Positions 39,452 to 47,908 of a stretch of 64,000 nt of DNA are shown here, one piece after another. Below the pieces are notes generated by a model. The model was not told where the DNA came from, did no database searches, and saw nothing but the letters and a program-made list of their open reading frames with translations. This DNA comes from Minisyncoccota bacterium (GTDB lineage Bacteria; Patescibacteriota; Minisyncoccia; Phycocordibacterales; XYD1-FULL-46-19), in assembly GCA_041665625.1 (NCBI GenBank), contig JBAYIK010000003.1:2967-66966 (forward strand), in the 5' to 3' direction. Every line of letters starts with the position of its first letter. The stretch's first letter is position 1. The translations under genes were made by a program, and so were the position numbers.

Positions 39452-39796
39452 ATGGCAAGATCACTATCTAAGGGTCCCTATGTGGACGAAAATTTATTAA
39501 AGAAAATCGCTGGTAAGAAGGCGAGCGATGCTAGCGTAGGTGTTATCAAAACCTGGGCTCGTCGCAGTCAAATTAGCCCTGAGATGGTTGGTTTTACTTT
39601 TGGTGTTCATAATGGCAAGAGCCACTTAGAGGTCTTTGTGACCGAAGAAATGGTTGGCCATCGTTTGGGCGAATTTTCCCCAACCCGTAAGTTCACTAAG
39701 CACGGAGGTAAGATGCAGAAAGAAATAGAACAGAAGAAGAAGGAGGCTGAGATCTCAGCTGCTAAATCAGCTAAGGAATCCCCAGCTAAGAAATAA
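39452..39796 (+). CDS. rpsS: 30S ribosomal protein S19 (with a Lys/Glu-rich C-terminal tail)
   Basis: [18 protein letters not shown]...[17 protein letters not shown]. The ATG at 39452 is preferred over the ORF-track start at 39386. Confidence 0.9.
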   Translation: MARSLSKGPYVDENLLKKIAGKKASDASVGVIKTWARRSQISPEMVGFTFGVHNGKSHLEVFVTEEMVGHRLGEFSPTRKFTKHGGKMQKEIEQKKKEAEISAAKSAKESPAKK

Positions 39797-39798
39797 TC

Positions 39799-40140
39799 AT
39801 GAAAGCTTTTCTTAAGAACCATCATCAAACCCCAAGAAAGACCCGCCTAATCGCGGATCTTATCCGTGGCAAGAAGGTCTCGGTAGCGATGGCTGAGCTC
39901 GACTTGGTAATTAAGAAATCCGCTGCCCCCATCAAGAAGCTTATTCAATCAGCTGTGGCTAATGCTAAAGCTAATTTTAAGGCTAAGGAAGAAGAACTCT
40001 ATGTTAAGAATTTGACCGTTGATAAGGGTAATGTCATCAAGCGCTCCCGTCCAATGTCTCGTGGTCGAGCTTTTCCTATCCGTCACCGTTTGAGCCATAT
40101 CGAAGTCACTTTGGAAGCTAAAGAACCTACTAAAAAATAA
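39799..40140 (+). CDS. rplV: 50S ribosomal protein L22
   Basis: PRKTRLIADLIRGKKVSVAMAEL. Confidence 0.85.
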   Translation: MKAFLKNHHQTPRKTRLIADLIRGKKVSVAMAELDLVIKKSAAPIKKLIQSAVANAKANFKAKEEELYVKNLTVDKGNVIKRSRPMSRGRAFPIRHRLSHIEVTLEAKEPTKK

Positions 40141-40141
40141 T

Positions 40142-40807
40142 ATGACACACCGCGTTCATCCATATGCACATAGACTCACTATTATCCGCGACTGGCAATC
40201 TCGCTGGTTTGGTAAGGGTGAGAAATATGTTGAATTCCTAAAGGCTGACGTTCTTTTGCGCGAATTTCTGACCAAGCGTTTGCGTGGTTTCTATGTTGAC
40301 CGTGTTGATATTGAGCGTGGAGAAAATTTCTATAAAATTATCGTTCGCACCTCTCGTCCTGGTATGATTATTGGCCGCGGGGGAGATGGTATCACCAAGC
40401 TTAAGAGTGAGATTATTACTCAACTTCAGAAAACTGGTACCACTCTACCTAAGGATGTTCAGGTTGATATCCAAGAGGTTAAGGAACCTGAGGCTAGTGC
40501 CGCAATTGTTGCCTACATGATCGCTGAAGGTTTGGAGAAGCGTTTGCCTTTCCGTCGTGTCTTGAAGCAAACGGTTGAGAAAGTTTTGAACAGCAAATCC
40601 GTTAAAGGGGTTAAGGTTACCTTGTCTGGCCGTCTGGGTGGTGCTGATATGGGTCGTACTGAGACCTTGCGTAAGGGTCAGGTCCCTCTTCAGACTTTGC
40701 GTGCTGATATTGATTTTGCTCGTGAGAAGGCCTATATGTATTACGGCGTGACTGGTATTAAGGTCTGGATTTATCGGGGCGAGATTTTTAACACTGAGAA
40801 TAAATAA
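40142..40807 (+). CDS. rpsC: 30S ribosomal protein S3
   Basis: KH domain IIGRGGDGITKLK; GKGEKYVEF...LRADIDFAREKAYMYYG. Confidence 0.9.
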   Translation: MTHRVHPYAHRLTIIRDWQSRWFGKGEKYVEFLKADVLLREFLTKRLRGFYVDRVDIERGENFYKIIVRTSRPGMIIGRGGDGITKLKSEIITQLQKTGTTLPKDVQVDIQEVKEPEASAAIVAYMIAEGLEKRLPFRRVLKQTVEKVLNSKSVKGVKVTLSGRLGGADMGRTETLRKGQVPLQTLRADIDFAREKAYMYYGVTGIKVWIYRGEIFNTENK

Positions 40808-40813
40808 ACTACC

Positions 40814-41230
40814 ATGTTATTACCAAAGAAAGTAAAATTCAGAAAGTGGCAAACCATGCGGACTAACCCTAAGAAGGTTAAGACCGAAACGCGTGGGACA
40901 AAATTGGCTTTTGGTAATTTTGGTTTGAAGGCTGAGACCCCGGGCCGTATTAAGTCTAATCAGATTGAAGCTGCTCGTAAGACTATTGCCCGCCAAATGC
41001 ACAAGACTGGTAAACTTTGGATCCGCATCTTCCCTGATATGCCTTTTACCGCTAAAGCCGCTGAGGTGGGTATGGGTAAAGGTAAAGGTGATCCTCAGGG
41101 TTATCAGATCCAGGTTTGGCCAGGTCGTTTAATTTTTGAAGTTGACGGTCTTACTGATGAGATTGCTAAGGAGGCCTTGCGTAAAGCTGGTGCCAAATTA
41201 CCAATCAAGACTAAGATTGTTAGCCGTTAA
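40814..41230 (+). CDS. rplP: 50S ribosomal protein L16
   Basis: [11 protein letters not shown]...[11 protein letters not shown]...[16 protein letters not shown]. Confidence 0.9.
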   Translation: MLLPKKVKFRKWQTMRTNPKKVKTETRGTKLAFGNFGLKAETPGRIKSNQIEAARKTIARQMHKTGKLWIRIFPDMPFTAKAAEVGMGKGKGDPQGYQIQVWPGRLIFEVDGLTDEIAKEALRKAGAKLPIKTKIVSR

Positions 41231-41239
41231 GATAAGAAT

Positions 41240-41425
41240 ATGAAAAAGACCGATTTTAAAACTAAATCAGACGCTGAATTAAAGAAAGTTCTCATTGAGA
41301 AACGAGATTCTTTGGCTAAATTCAAGTTCGGCATGACCGGTTCCCGTACCAAGAATGTCAAAGAAGGGCGCAATACTCGTCGAGATATTGCCAGAATTTT
41401 AACCGCCCTCAAGGCCAGCAAATAA
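41240..41425 (+). CDS. rpmC: 50S ribosomal protein L29
   Basis: Size and position; ELKKVLIEKRDSLAKFKFGMTGS. Confidence 0.75.
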   Translation: MKKTDFKTKSDAELKKVLIEKRDSLAKFKFGMTGSRTKNVKEGRNTRRDIARILTALKASK

Positions 41426-41430
41426 ATAAT

Positions 41431-41676
41431 ATGGAAAAAGAAATTAAAAATAAGAAAGTTCTTAAGGGGAAGGTTGTCTCTGACAAGATGGATAAGACTG
41501 TCGTTGTTGAGATCAAGCGCTTTGTGAAGCACCCTAAGTACGGTAAGTTCTTCAATCTTTCTAAGCGTCACAAGGCTCATGATCCAGAGAATAAGGCCAA
41601 GATCGGAGACGAAGTCGAGATTCGTGAGTGTCGCCCATTATCGAAAGATAAACATTTCGAAGTAATTTATAAATAA
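41431..41676 (+). CDS. rpsQ: 30S ribosomal protein S17
   Basis: LKGKVVSDKMDKTVVVEI...KFFNLSKRHKAHDPEN. Confidence 0.85.
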   Translation: MEKEIKNKKVLKGKVVSDKMDKTVVVEIKRFVKHPKYGKFFNLSKRHKAHDPENKAKIGDEVEIRECRPLSKDKHFEVIYK

Positions 41677-41682
41677 ACTACC

Positions 41683-42054
41683 ATGATTCAGCCACAATCC
41701 ATTGTAAAAATTGCCGACAACACTGGCGCCAAGATTGGACGCGTCTTCAAGGTGCTCGGTAGCTCGAAGAAACGTTATGCCCGGATTGGCGAGCTGGTTA
41801 TTCTCTCTGTCCAGACCGCTGAGCCTCGCAAGGCCGTTAAGAAGAAGGAAGTTCTCCGCGCTTTGGTTGTCCGTCAGAAATCACCTTTTCGTCGCGCTGA
41901 TGGTTCTTACCTCCGCTTTGACGAGAATGCTGTTGTTATCCTAGACAAGACCAAGCCTGAACCACGTGGTGGACGTATCTTTGGACCTATTCCTCGTGAG
42001 ATTGGTGAATTGGGTTATCAGAAAATTGTGTCATTAGCCCCAGAAGTGGTATAA
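41683..42054 (+). CDS. rplN: 50S ribosomal protein L14
   Basis: MIQPQSIVKIADNTGAK...VIRQ pattern. Confidence 0.9.
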   Translation: MIQPQSIVKIADNTGAKIGRVFKVLGSSKKRYARIGELVILSVQTAEPRKAVKKKEVLRALVVRQKSPFRRADGSYLRFDENAVVILDKTKPEPRGGRIFGPIPREIGELGYQKIVSLAPEVV

Positions 42055-42066
42055 ACAAATACGAGT

Positions 42067-42375
42067 ATGAAAATCAAAAAGAATGACAATGTAGTAATCA
42101 TCACTGGTAAGGATCGCGGCAAGCAGGGCAAAGTTTTGCGTGTATTGGCCGAAGATGAGAAGGTCTTAGTGGAGGGGATGAATCTTCGTAAGAAGCATCA
42201 GAAGCCTCGCAAAGAAGGGGACAAGGGTCAGATGATTGATATGCCACATCCAATCCATATTTCTAATGTTGCCCTTTATTGTTCTAGTTGTGGTAAGGGT
42301 GTTCGCATGGGTGCTAAGATGGCTGATGGTAAGAAAAAAGTCCGCGTTTGCAAGAAGTGCGGTAAAGAAATTTAA
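42067..42375 (+). CDS. rplX: 50S ribosomal protein L24 with a C-terminal C4 zinc-ribbon extension
   Basis: KOW motif IKKNDNVVIITGKDRGKQGKVLRV. C-terminal CSSCGKG...CKKCGK. Confidence 0.85.
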   Translation: MKIKKNDNVVIITGKDRGKQGKVLRVLAEDEKVLVEGMNLRKKHQKPRKEGDKGQMIDMPHPIHISNVALYCSSCGKGVRMGAKMADGKKKVRVCKKCGKEI

Positions 42376-42381
42376 AATACT

Positions 42382-42930
42382 ATGAAGAAGTTAAAAGAAA
42401 AAATTGAAGCCGCGATGCCCGAACTCAAGAAGGAGTTGGGTGTTAAGAATAAGATGGCGACCCCTCACTTGGTGAAGGTGGTTGTTAATTCTGGAACCGG
42501 TAAAGCTAAGGACAAGAAACGTAATGAATTGGTGGAGAATCGTCTCGGTAAGATCACTGGTCAGAAGGCTTCGCCTCGTGGCGCCAAGCAGTCTGTAGCT
42601 TCCTTCAAGGTTCGTCAGGGTGATATCATTGGTTTTGCTACCACTCTTCGTGGCCAGCGCATGTATGACTTCCTCGATCTTCTCTTTAATGTCACTATTC
42701 CTCGTATTCGTGACTTCAAGGGTTATGATGAAAAAATTGTGGATGAAGTTGGTAATTTAACTTTGGGTGTTAAAGAGCATACCGTTTTCCCTCAGACCGC
42801 TGACGAAGAACTCAAAGATGTTTTCGGTCTCGCTATCACCATCGTTACTTCCGCTAAAGATAAGAAATCCGCCCTCGCTTTCTTCAAGGCAATCGGTTTT
42901 CCTTTCAAGAAGCCTGTTGCTGCCAAATAA
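42382..42930 (+). CDS. rplE: 50S ribosomal protein L5
   Basis: LKEKIEAAMPELKKELG...GLAITIVTSAKD. Confidence 0.9.
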   Translation: MKKLKEKIEAAMPELKKELGVKNKMATPHLVKVVVNSGTGKAKDKKRNELVENRLGKITGQKASPRGAKQSVASFKVRQGDIIGFATTLRGQRMYDFLDLLFNVTIPRIRDFKGYDEKIVDEVGNLTLGVKEHTVFPQTADEELKDVFGLAITIVTSAKDKKSALAFFKAIGFPFKKPVAAK

Positions 42931-42951
42931 TCCACTCAACTTAAATTTACC

Positions 42952-42992
42952 AAAACAACACAGAAAACCCCTCTTCAGAGGGTTTTTCTTAT
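42952..42992 (+). terminator. Rho-independent terminator, third copy of the repeated element
   Basis: AAAACAACACAGAAAACCCCTCTTCAGAGGGTTTTTCTTA carries a variant loop (TTCA). Confidence 0.6.
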
Positions 42993-43035
42993 GCTATAAT
43001 TATAAATAGCAAATTAGTAGCTTAATTATAAAATA

Positions 43036-44619
43036 ATGAAAAAATATCTATTTGGAATTGTCCTGGTTTTGTCTCTCGTTATTGCTCCTCTGACGACTTC
43101 AGCTGTCACTATCGCTGAGTTGCAAAATCAGATCGCGGCTCTTATGGCACAATTAGCTGCTCTACAAAATAATCGGTCAGTTTGTCAGTTCACCCACGAC
43201 CTATCTTTAGGTGATGGTGATAATGATGGTTTGTCGGGCGAAGTCACTGCTTTGCAGAGGATTCTCATCTCTGGTGGATATCTTAGGGTGGCAAAGCCGA
43301 CTGGTTGGTTTGGTAAAATGACTATGAATGCCGTTAAACAATGGCAAAACGCTAATGCCAAAGTTGGGCGAGCTGTCTCTGGTAATGGTTCAATTAACGC
43401 CAGTGACCGTGGAATTTTGTGCGGTAATATCCCAGATTCCTCAAGCTCAATTTCTATTTCTAATGTTTCTGGCCCAACTTCTCTTAATGTTAACCAGACT
43501 GGTACGTGGAGCGTTAGCGTTAAAGGCCCGAGTGGAACAAATTTAAATTATCGTGTGGCTTGGGGTGAATACGATGGCTACGCTGGCGTTTCGGCGAAGC
43601 CCGTGTCGGTTAATTTGGTCAATCAGACTGGGACATTTACACATGCTTATTCTAATCCGGGGACTTACACAATTAGGTTTAACGTTTACGATTACGACAA
43701 ATGTGACCCGACCGGTAATTCTTCATGTGTTGCTCAGGCTAGTCTGACTGTTGTTGTTGGAAGTAGTAATTCTGTCCAACCAATTGTCATTCAAGATGTT
43801 AAATATTCTCCGGCCTCACCAAAGGTCAATGAATTAATTACTACGACTGTTACGATAACAAATAGTAGCCTTAACCATTATAATTTGCCTTTCAAAGTTA
43901 ATGTTCAGGGTACGACAGTGACAGTTCCTTCTCTTCTTGCTAGAGAGTGGAAGACGGTCACTGTTCCCAATGCCTTCTCTTTTTCGGAGCCGGGAACGAA
44001 GACACTGAACACTTCGATTATCTATCCTTTATCTTATGACCCAGCTCAGGGGAATGTTGGTGATACATTTACCAATACCTTAACTTTTACCGCTGACTCG
44101 ACGTCTAATCCTTATATTAGTTCGGTTAGCTATGAAAAGGCTAGTCACAAGGTTACTGTTTGGGGTAGCAATTTGAATGGAGTTAATGCTGTCTATATTG
44201 ATAACACCTTGACTATTGTGAACGATCGCATCGCAGATTCTGACGGCAAGAAATTTACTTTCATTTTGCCAGCAGATATTGCCGCTATTGCTGGTAACCA
44301 CAGCTTGATTCTTATGAACGTGGCTGGACTTGGTAGCAATATGGTAACTCTCAGTGTTAATCAGGCTCCGTACATCAGAAGTGTCAATTATAGCTTCGGC
44401 ACTGCAAGTAATCGAGATATTGTTATCGTTGGAGAGAGACTCGACAAGGTAAATGCTATTTATGTTGATGGAGGCCAAATTTCTGCTGGCTACTCAATAG
44501 GAGATAATGGTAATATGCAATTTCTCTTGCCAACATCAATTGCAAGGGGTTCCCACACTATGCAATTGGGGAGTGTCTATGGGCGAAGTAACTCAGCCCC
44601 CTTCCTTGTTTCTAACTAA
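43036..44619 (+). CDS. Secreted cell-wall-binding protein, paralog of 37618-39267 (PG_binding_1-like plus IPT/TIG-like repeats); inserted between rplE and rpsN
   Basis: Signal peptide MKKYLFGIVLVLSLVIAPLTTSA. LSLGDGDNDGLSGEVTALQRILISGGYL...GWFGKMTMNAVKQWQ matches the PG_binding_1 consensus. C-terminal repeats VTVWGSNLNGVNAVYIDN... and IVIVGERLDKVNAIYVDG.... Confidence 0.6.
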   Translation: MKKYLFGIVLVLSLVIAPLTTSAVTIAELQNQIAALMAQLAALQNNRSVCQFTHDLSLGDGDNDGLSGEVTALQRILISGGYLRVAKPTGWFGKMTMNAVKQWQNANAKVGRAVSGNGSINASDRGILCGNIPDSSSSISISNVSGPTSLNVNQTGTWSVSVKGPSGTNLNYRVAWGEYDGYAGVSAKPVSVNLVNQTGTFTHAYSNPGTYTIRFNVYDYDKCDPTGNSSCVAQASLTVVVGSSNSVQPIVIQDVKYSPASPKVNELITTTVTITNSSLNHYNLPFKVNVQGTTVTVPSLLAREWKTVTVPNAFSFSEPGTKTLNTSIIYPLSYDPAQGNVGDTFTNTLTFTADSTSNPYISSVSYEKASHKVTVWGSNLNGVNAVYIDNTLTIVNDRIADSDGKKFTFILPADIAAIAGNHSLILMNVAGLGSNMVTLSVNQAPYIRSVNYSFGTASNRDIVIVGERLDKVNAIYVDGGQISAGYSIGDNGNMQFLLPTSIARGSHTMQLGSVYGRSNSAPFLVSN

Positions 44620-44644
44620 GTTTAGCTAAAATTAAGAAGGAACA

Positions 44645-44675
44645 GAAAAAGACGAGGCTGAAGCTCGTCTTTTTC
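44645..44675 (+). terminator. Rho-independent terminator
   Basis: GACGAG-gctgaag-CTCGTC followed by TTTTTCTGTT. Confidence 0.5.
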
Positions 44676-44690
44676 TGTTATAATAAAAGT

Positions 44691-45194
44691 ATGAAAATTG
44701 CGATTATTTCCGATGCCCATGACAATATGGCTAACCTTGAGAAATTCTTGGAGGTGACCAAGAGGGAGGGGATAGAAGGAATAATTCATTGTGGGGATGT
44801 GACAACACCCGAAACTCTTGACTGGCTGGCGGAGAATTTTGCTGGCCCGATTAAGCTGGCTGACGGCAATATGGAGATCAGGCGAGAGGAATTTGGCCAG
44901 GTAGTTGAGAGGCATAAGAATCTTGAGGTTTTTCCCGAAATTGGGGTTTGGGAGCTAGAAATTAGAGGGGCAGGAACAAAAATTGCTTTTACTCATCGAC
45001 CTAATAAAAATGAGGAATTGGCTCAAACTAAGGCTTATTCCTTCGTTTTTTATGGCCATACTCACAAACCTTGGATTAGCCAGATTGGGTCAGTTTTGGT
45101 GGCAAATCCTGGTACTTTGGGGGGCGTCTTTACGGCTCCAACCTATGCCACTTTAGATACTGATATTGGTCAACTGGCCCTACACCGGCTCTAG
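44691..45194 (+). CDS. Calcineurin-like metallophosphoesterase (YfcE/MJ0936-like)
   Basis: MKIAIISDAHDN...HCGDV...GHTH motifs. Confidence 0.7.
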   Translation: MKIAIISDAHDNMANLEKFLEVTKREGIEGIIHCGDVTTPETLDWLAENFAGPIKLADGNMEIRREEFGQVVERHKNLEVFPEIGVWELEIRGAGTKIAFTHRPNKNEELAQTKAYSFVFYGHTHKPWISQIGSVLVANPGTLGGVFTAPTYATLDTDIGQLALHRL

Positions 45195-45271
45195 GCCTTA
45201 GTTTAGTTGACATTTAGGCCTCTTTCTTGTTAGGATAGAGGGTGGCTCGTAGGAGCCCACTTTGATTTTAT

Positions 45272-45457
45272 ATGGCTAAAACATCAGTTATCGCCCGGTC
45301 TAAGAAGACCCCAAAATTCAGCTCCCGCCTCGTGCGGCGCTGTTTCCGTTGTGGTCGTAAGCACGCTTTTATGCGCGATTTTGGCCTATGTCGTATCTGT
45401 TTTAGAGAACTTGCTAACGAGGGTAAAATCCCCGGAGTCCGTAAGTCATCTTGGTAA
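45272..45457 (+). CDS. rpsN: 30S ribosomal protein S14, type Z (zinc-binding)
   Basis: 61 aa with C.RCGR...C.ICF. Confidence 0.85.
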   Translation: MAKTSVIARSKKTPKFSSRLVRRCFRCGRKHAFMRDFGLCRICFRELANEGKIPGVRKSSW

Positions 45458-45471
45458 TTCTATATAATATT

Positions 45472-45864
45472 ATGTCAACAGATTCTATTTCAGACTTTTT
45501 AATACAAATCAAGAATGGCGGGCGAGTAAAGCGCGAGAGTATTACTGTTCCTGCTTCTAATCTTAAAGAAGCTATCGCGGAGACTCTGGTTCGCACTGGT
45601 TGGCTTAAGAGTGTCGTCAAGCGCGGGAAGAAGGTCAAGAAGTATCTTACTTGTGAATTAGCCTACAAGGCTGGCGAACCTAAGATCGTTGAAGTTAAGC
45701 GTATCTCTAAACCATCTCGTCGTGTTTATGTTGGGACTGACGAGCTTAACCTTGTTCGCCAAGGTTTTGGTCTTGCTATTCTTTCAACACCAAAAGGAAT
45801 TTTAACCAATTTTGAAGCTAAGAAGGCTAAGGTCGGTGGGGAGTTAATGTTTGAAATTCACTAA
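45472..45864 (+). CDS. rpsH: 30S ribosomal protein S8
   Basis: MSTDSISDFLIQIKNG...GLAILSTPKGI. The ATG at 45472 is preferred over the ORF-track TTG at 45451. Confidence 0.9.
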   Translation: MSTDSISDFLIQIKNGGRVKRESITVPASNLKEAIAETLVRTGWLKSVVKRGKKVKKYLTCELAYKAGEPKIVEVKRISKPSRRVYVGTDELNLVRQGFGLAILSTPKGILTNFEAKKAKVGGELMFEIH

Positions 45865-45865
45865 T

Positions 45866-46402
45866 ATGTCACGTATTGCTAAAAGACCAATATCCCTCCC
45901 AACTGGCGTTACCGTCACTGTTCTTGGTGACGAATTCAAAGTTAAGGGTCCACAAGGCGAACTCTCTAAGAAATTTAAGAGTGACGTCACTATTGTCGCC
46001 GATGATAAAGAAGTCCAGGTTACTCCTAGCCACAAATCTATCTCTGCTAACGCTTTATCTGGTACCTATGCTTCCCATCTTAAGAACATGATCGAGGGGG
46101 TGACTAAGGGTTTTGAGAAGAAATTGATTGTTGAAGGTGTCGGTTATAAATATGTTGTTAACGGTAATGAAGTTCGTTTAGATATTGGGTTTTCTCATCC
46201 GGTGATGGTCCCTATTCCTGATGGTATTAAAGTTGTTACCGAGAAGAGCAACATGACCATTACTGGTATTGATAAAGAATTGGTTGGTGAATTTGCTGCC
46301 AAGATCCGTTCGCTTAAGAAGGTTGAGCCTTATAAGGGTAAGGGTATCCGTTACATTGACGAAGTTGTCCGTCGTAAGCAAGGGAAGAAGGCTAGCGCCT
46401 AA
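45866..46402 (+). CDS. rplF: 50S ribosomal protein L6
   Basis: [17 protein letters not shown]...GVGYK. The ATG at 45866 follows directly on the rpsH stop. Confidence 0.9.
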   Translation: MSRIAKRPISLPTGVTVTVLGDEFKVKGPQGELSKKFKSDVTIVADDKEVQVTPSHKSISANALSGTYASHLKNMIEGVTKGFEKKLIVEGVGYKYVVNGNEVRLDIGFSHPVMVPIPDGIKVVTEKSNMTITGIDKELVGEFAAKIRSLKKVEPYKGKGIRYIDEVVRRKQGKKASA

Positions 46403-46410
46403 TTAAATTT

Positions 46411-46788
46411 ATGAAAATAATTCGTTTCAAAACTAAAGAAGAAAAAAGAGGTCGTCGCGCTACCCGCGTTCGGGCTAAGGTGTCGGGCACTATGGAGCGT
46501 CCTCGTCTTTCTGTTTTTCGTTCTAACAAACATATCTTTGCTCAATTGATTGATGATAATACTGGTAAGACCTTGGCTTCAGCTTCAGATAAAGAAATTA
46601 AGTTAGCCAAAAAAGAGAAGGGTGCTCAGACCAAAGTTTTGGCGGGCATGGCTGTTGGGAAATTATTAGCTGAGAAAGCCAAGGCTGGCAAACTATCTAA
46701 GGCGGTCTTTGATCGTGCTGGTTATCGTTTTACCGGTCGAGTTAAGGCTGTCGCTGAAGGGGCCCGTGAAGGGGGACTAGAATTTTAA
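46411..46788 (+). CDS. rplR: 50S ribosomal protein L18
   Basis: [18 protein letters not shown]...FDRAGYRF. Confidence 0.85.
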   Translation: MKIIRFKTKEEKRGRRATRVRAKVSGTMERPRLSVFRSNKHIFAQLIDDNTGKTLASASDKEIKLAKKEKGAQTKVLAGMAVGKLLAEKAKAGKLSKAVFDRAGYRFTGRVKAVAEGAREGGLEF

Positions 46789-46797
46789 TAAAATATT

Positions 46798-47436
46798 ATG
46801 GCTGAACAACCAACAAACAATCAAGTCGTGAGAAAAGTTTTTGCTTCTCCCGGAACCGCTCGTCCAAGTTTTGGTCGTGGTGGTGCTATTGGTGGGGCAA
46901 ATCGCCCTGGTGGCAATCGTCCTGGAGGCAATCGCCCCGGCGGTAATCGTGGTGGCCGTTTTGGTGCCGATCGCCCTAAGCCAGAATTTGATCAGAAGAC
47001 TATCAATGTTCGTCGTGTGGCGCGTGTTGTTTCTGGTGGCCGTCGTTTCAGTTTCTCGGTGGCTCTTATTGCCGGAGACAAGAATGGCCGCGTAGGTGTT
47101 GGTGTTGGTAAGGCTGGAGACACCGCTTTGGCTGTCGAGAAGGCTCTTAATAAGGCCAAGAAAGCGATGATTCGTGTTAACATGACCGACAAGAAATCTA
47201 TTCCTCATGAAGTCTCGGCTAAGTACAAGTCAGCTCGTGTGGATCTTCGCCCGGCTAAGGGTCGTGGTCTAGTTGCTGGTAGTGCTGTTCGTGTTGTCCT
47301 CGCTTTGGCTGGTCTCCATGATGTTAACGCCAAGATTGTTTCGCGCAGTAAGGATAAATTAAATATTGCTCGGGCTGCGATTCTTGCCCTTTCTAGTTTG
47401 AAAACTAAGGCCCCTAAGACGACTGAAGCCAAATAG
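46798..47436 (+). CDS. rpsE: 30S ribosomal protein S5 with a Gly/Arg/Pro-rich repetitive N-terminal extension
   Basis: Core RVARVVSGGRRFSFSVALIAGDKNGRVGVGVGKA. N-terminal GGNRPGGNRPGGNRPGGNRGGRFG is encoded by a 15-bp tandem repeat at ~46899-46960. Confidence 0.85.
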   Translation: MAEQPTNNQVVRKVFASPGTARPSFGRGGAIGGANRPGGNRPGGNRPGGNRGGRFGADRPKPEFDQKTINVRRVARVVSGGRRFSFSVALIAGDKNGRVGVGVGKAGDTALAVEKALNKAKKAMIRVNMTDKKSIPHEVSAKYKSARVDLRPAKGRGLVAGSAVRVVLALAGLHDVNAKIVSRSKDKLNIARAAILALSSLKTKAPKTTEAK

Positions 47437-47455
47437 TCCCTTGTAGATAAATATT

Positions 47456-47905
47456 ATGCAATTACATAACCTAAAAAAGAATAAGACAAACAGAGCTGCC
47501 CGTCAGATTGGTCGCGGTGGTAAGCGCGGTACAACTTCCGGTCGGGGAACCAAGGGTCAGAACGCTCGTGCTGGTAACAAGCGCCGCCCAGAAATGCGTG
47601 ACATCATTAAGAAATTACCTAAGTTACGTGGTTACCGTTTTAAGGGTTATGGTATTAAACCAATGGTGGTTAATCTTTTCCTTTTGAGTAAGTCATATGA
47701 AGCCGGGGAAACTGTTAACCCAACAACCTTATTGGCCAAGAAGCTGATCAATAAGAAAAGTGGTAGATTGCCTGAGGTTAAAGTCTTGGCGACCGGCACT
47801 CTTGTTAAGGCCTTGAAATTTGAGGACTGCTTAGTCTCCGAAGCCGCTAAAGTAAAAATTGAACAAGCTGGTGGTTCCGTTATCTCTGTTCCGGCCGAAA
47901 AATAA
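47456..47905 (+). CDS. rplO: 50S ribosomal protein L15
   Basis: MQLHNLKKNK..R..RQIGRGGKRGTTSGRGTKGQNARAG. It follows rpsE directly, so there is no rpmD (L30). Confidence 0.85.
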   Translation: MQLHNLKKNKTNRAARQIGRGGKRGTTSGRGTKGQNARAGNKRRPEMRDIIKKLPKLRGYRFKGYGIKPMVVNLFLLSKSYEAGETVNPTTLLAKKLINKKSGRLPEVKVLATGTLVKALKFEDCLVSEAAKVKIEQAGGSVISVPAEK

Positions 47906-47908
47906 AAT

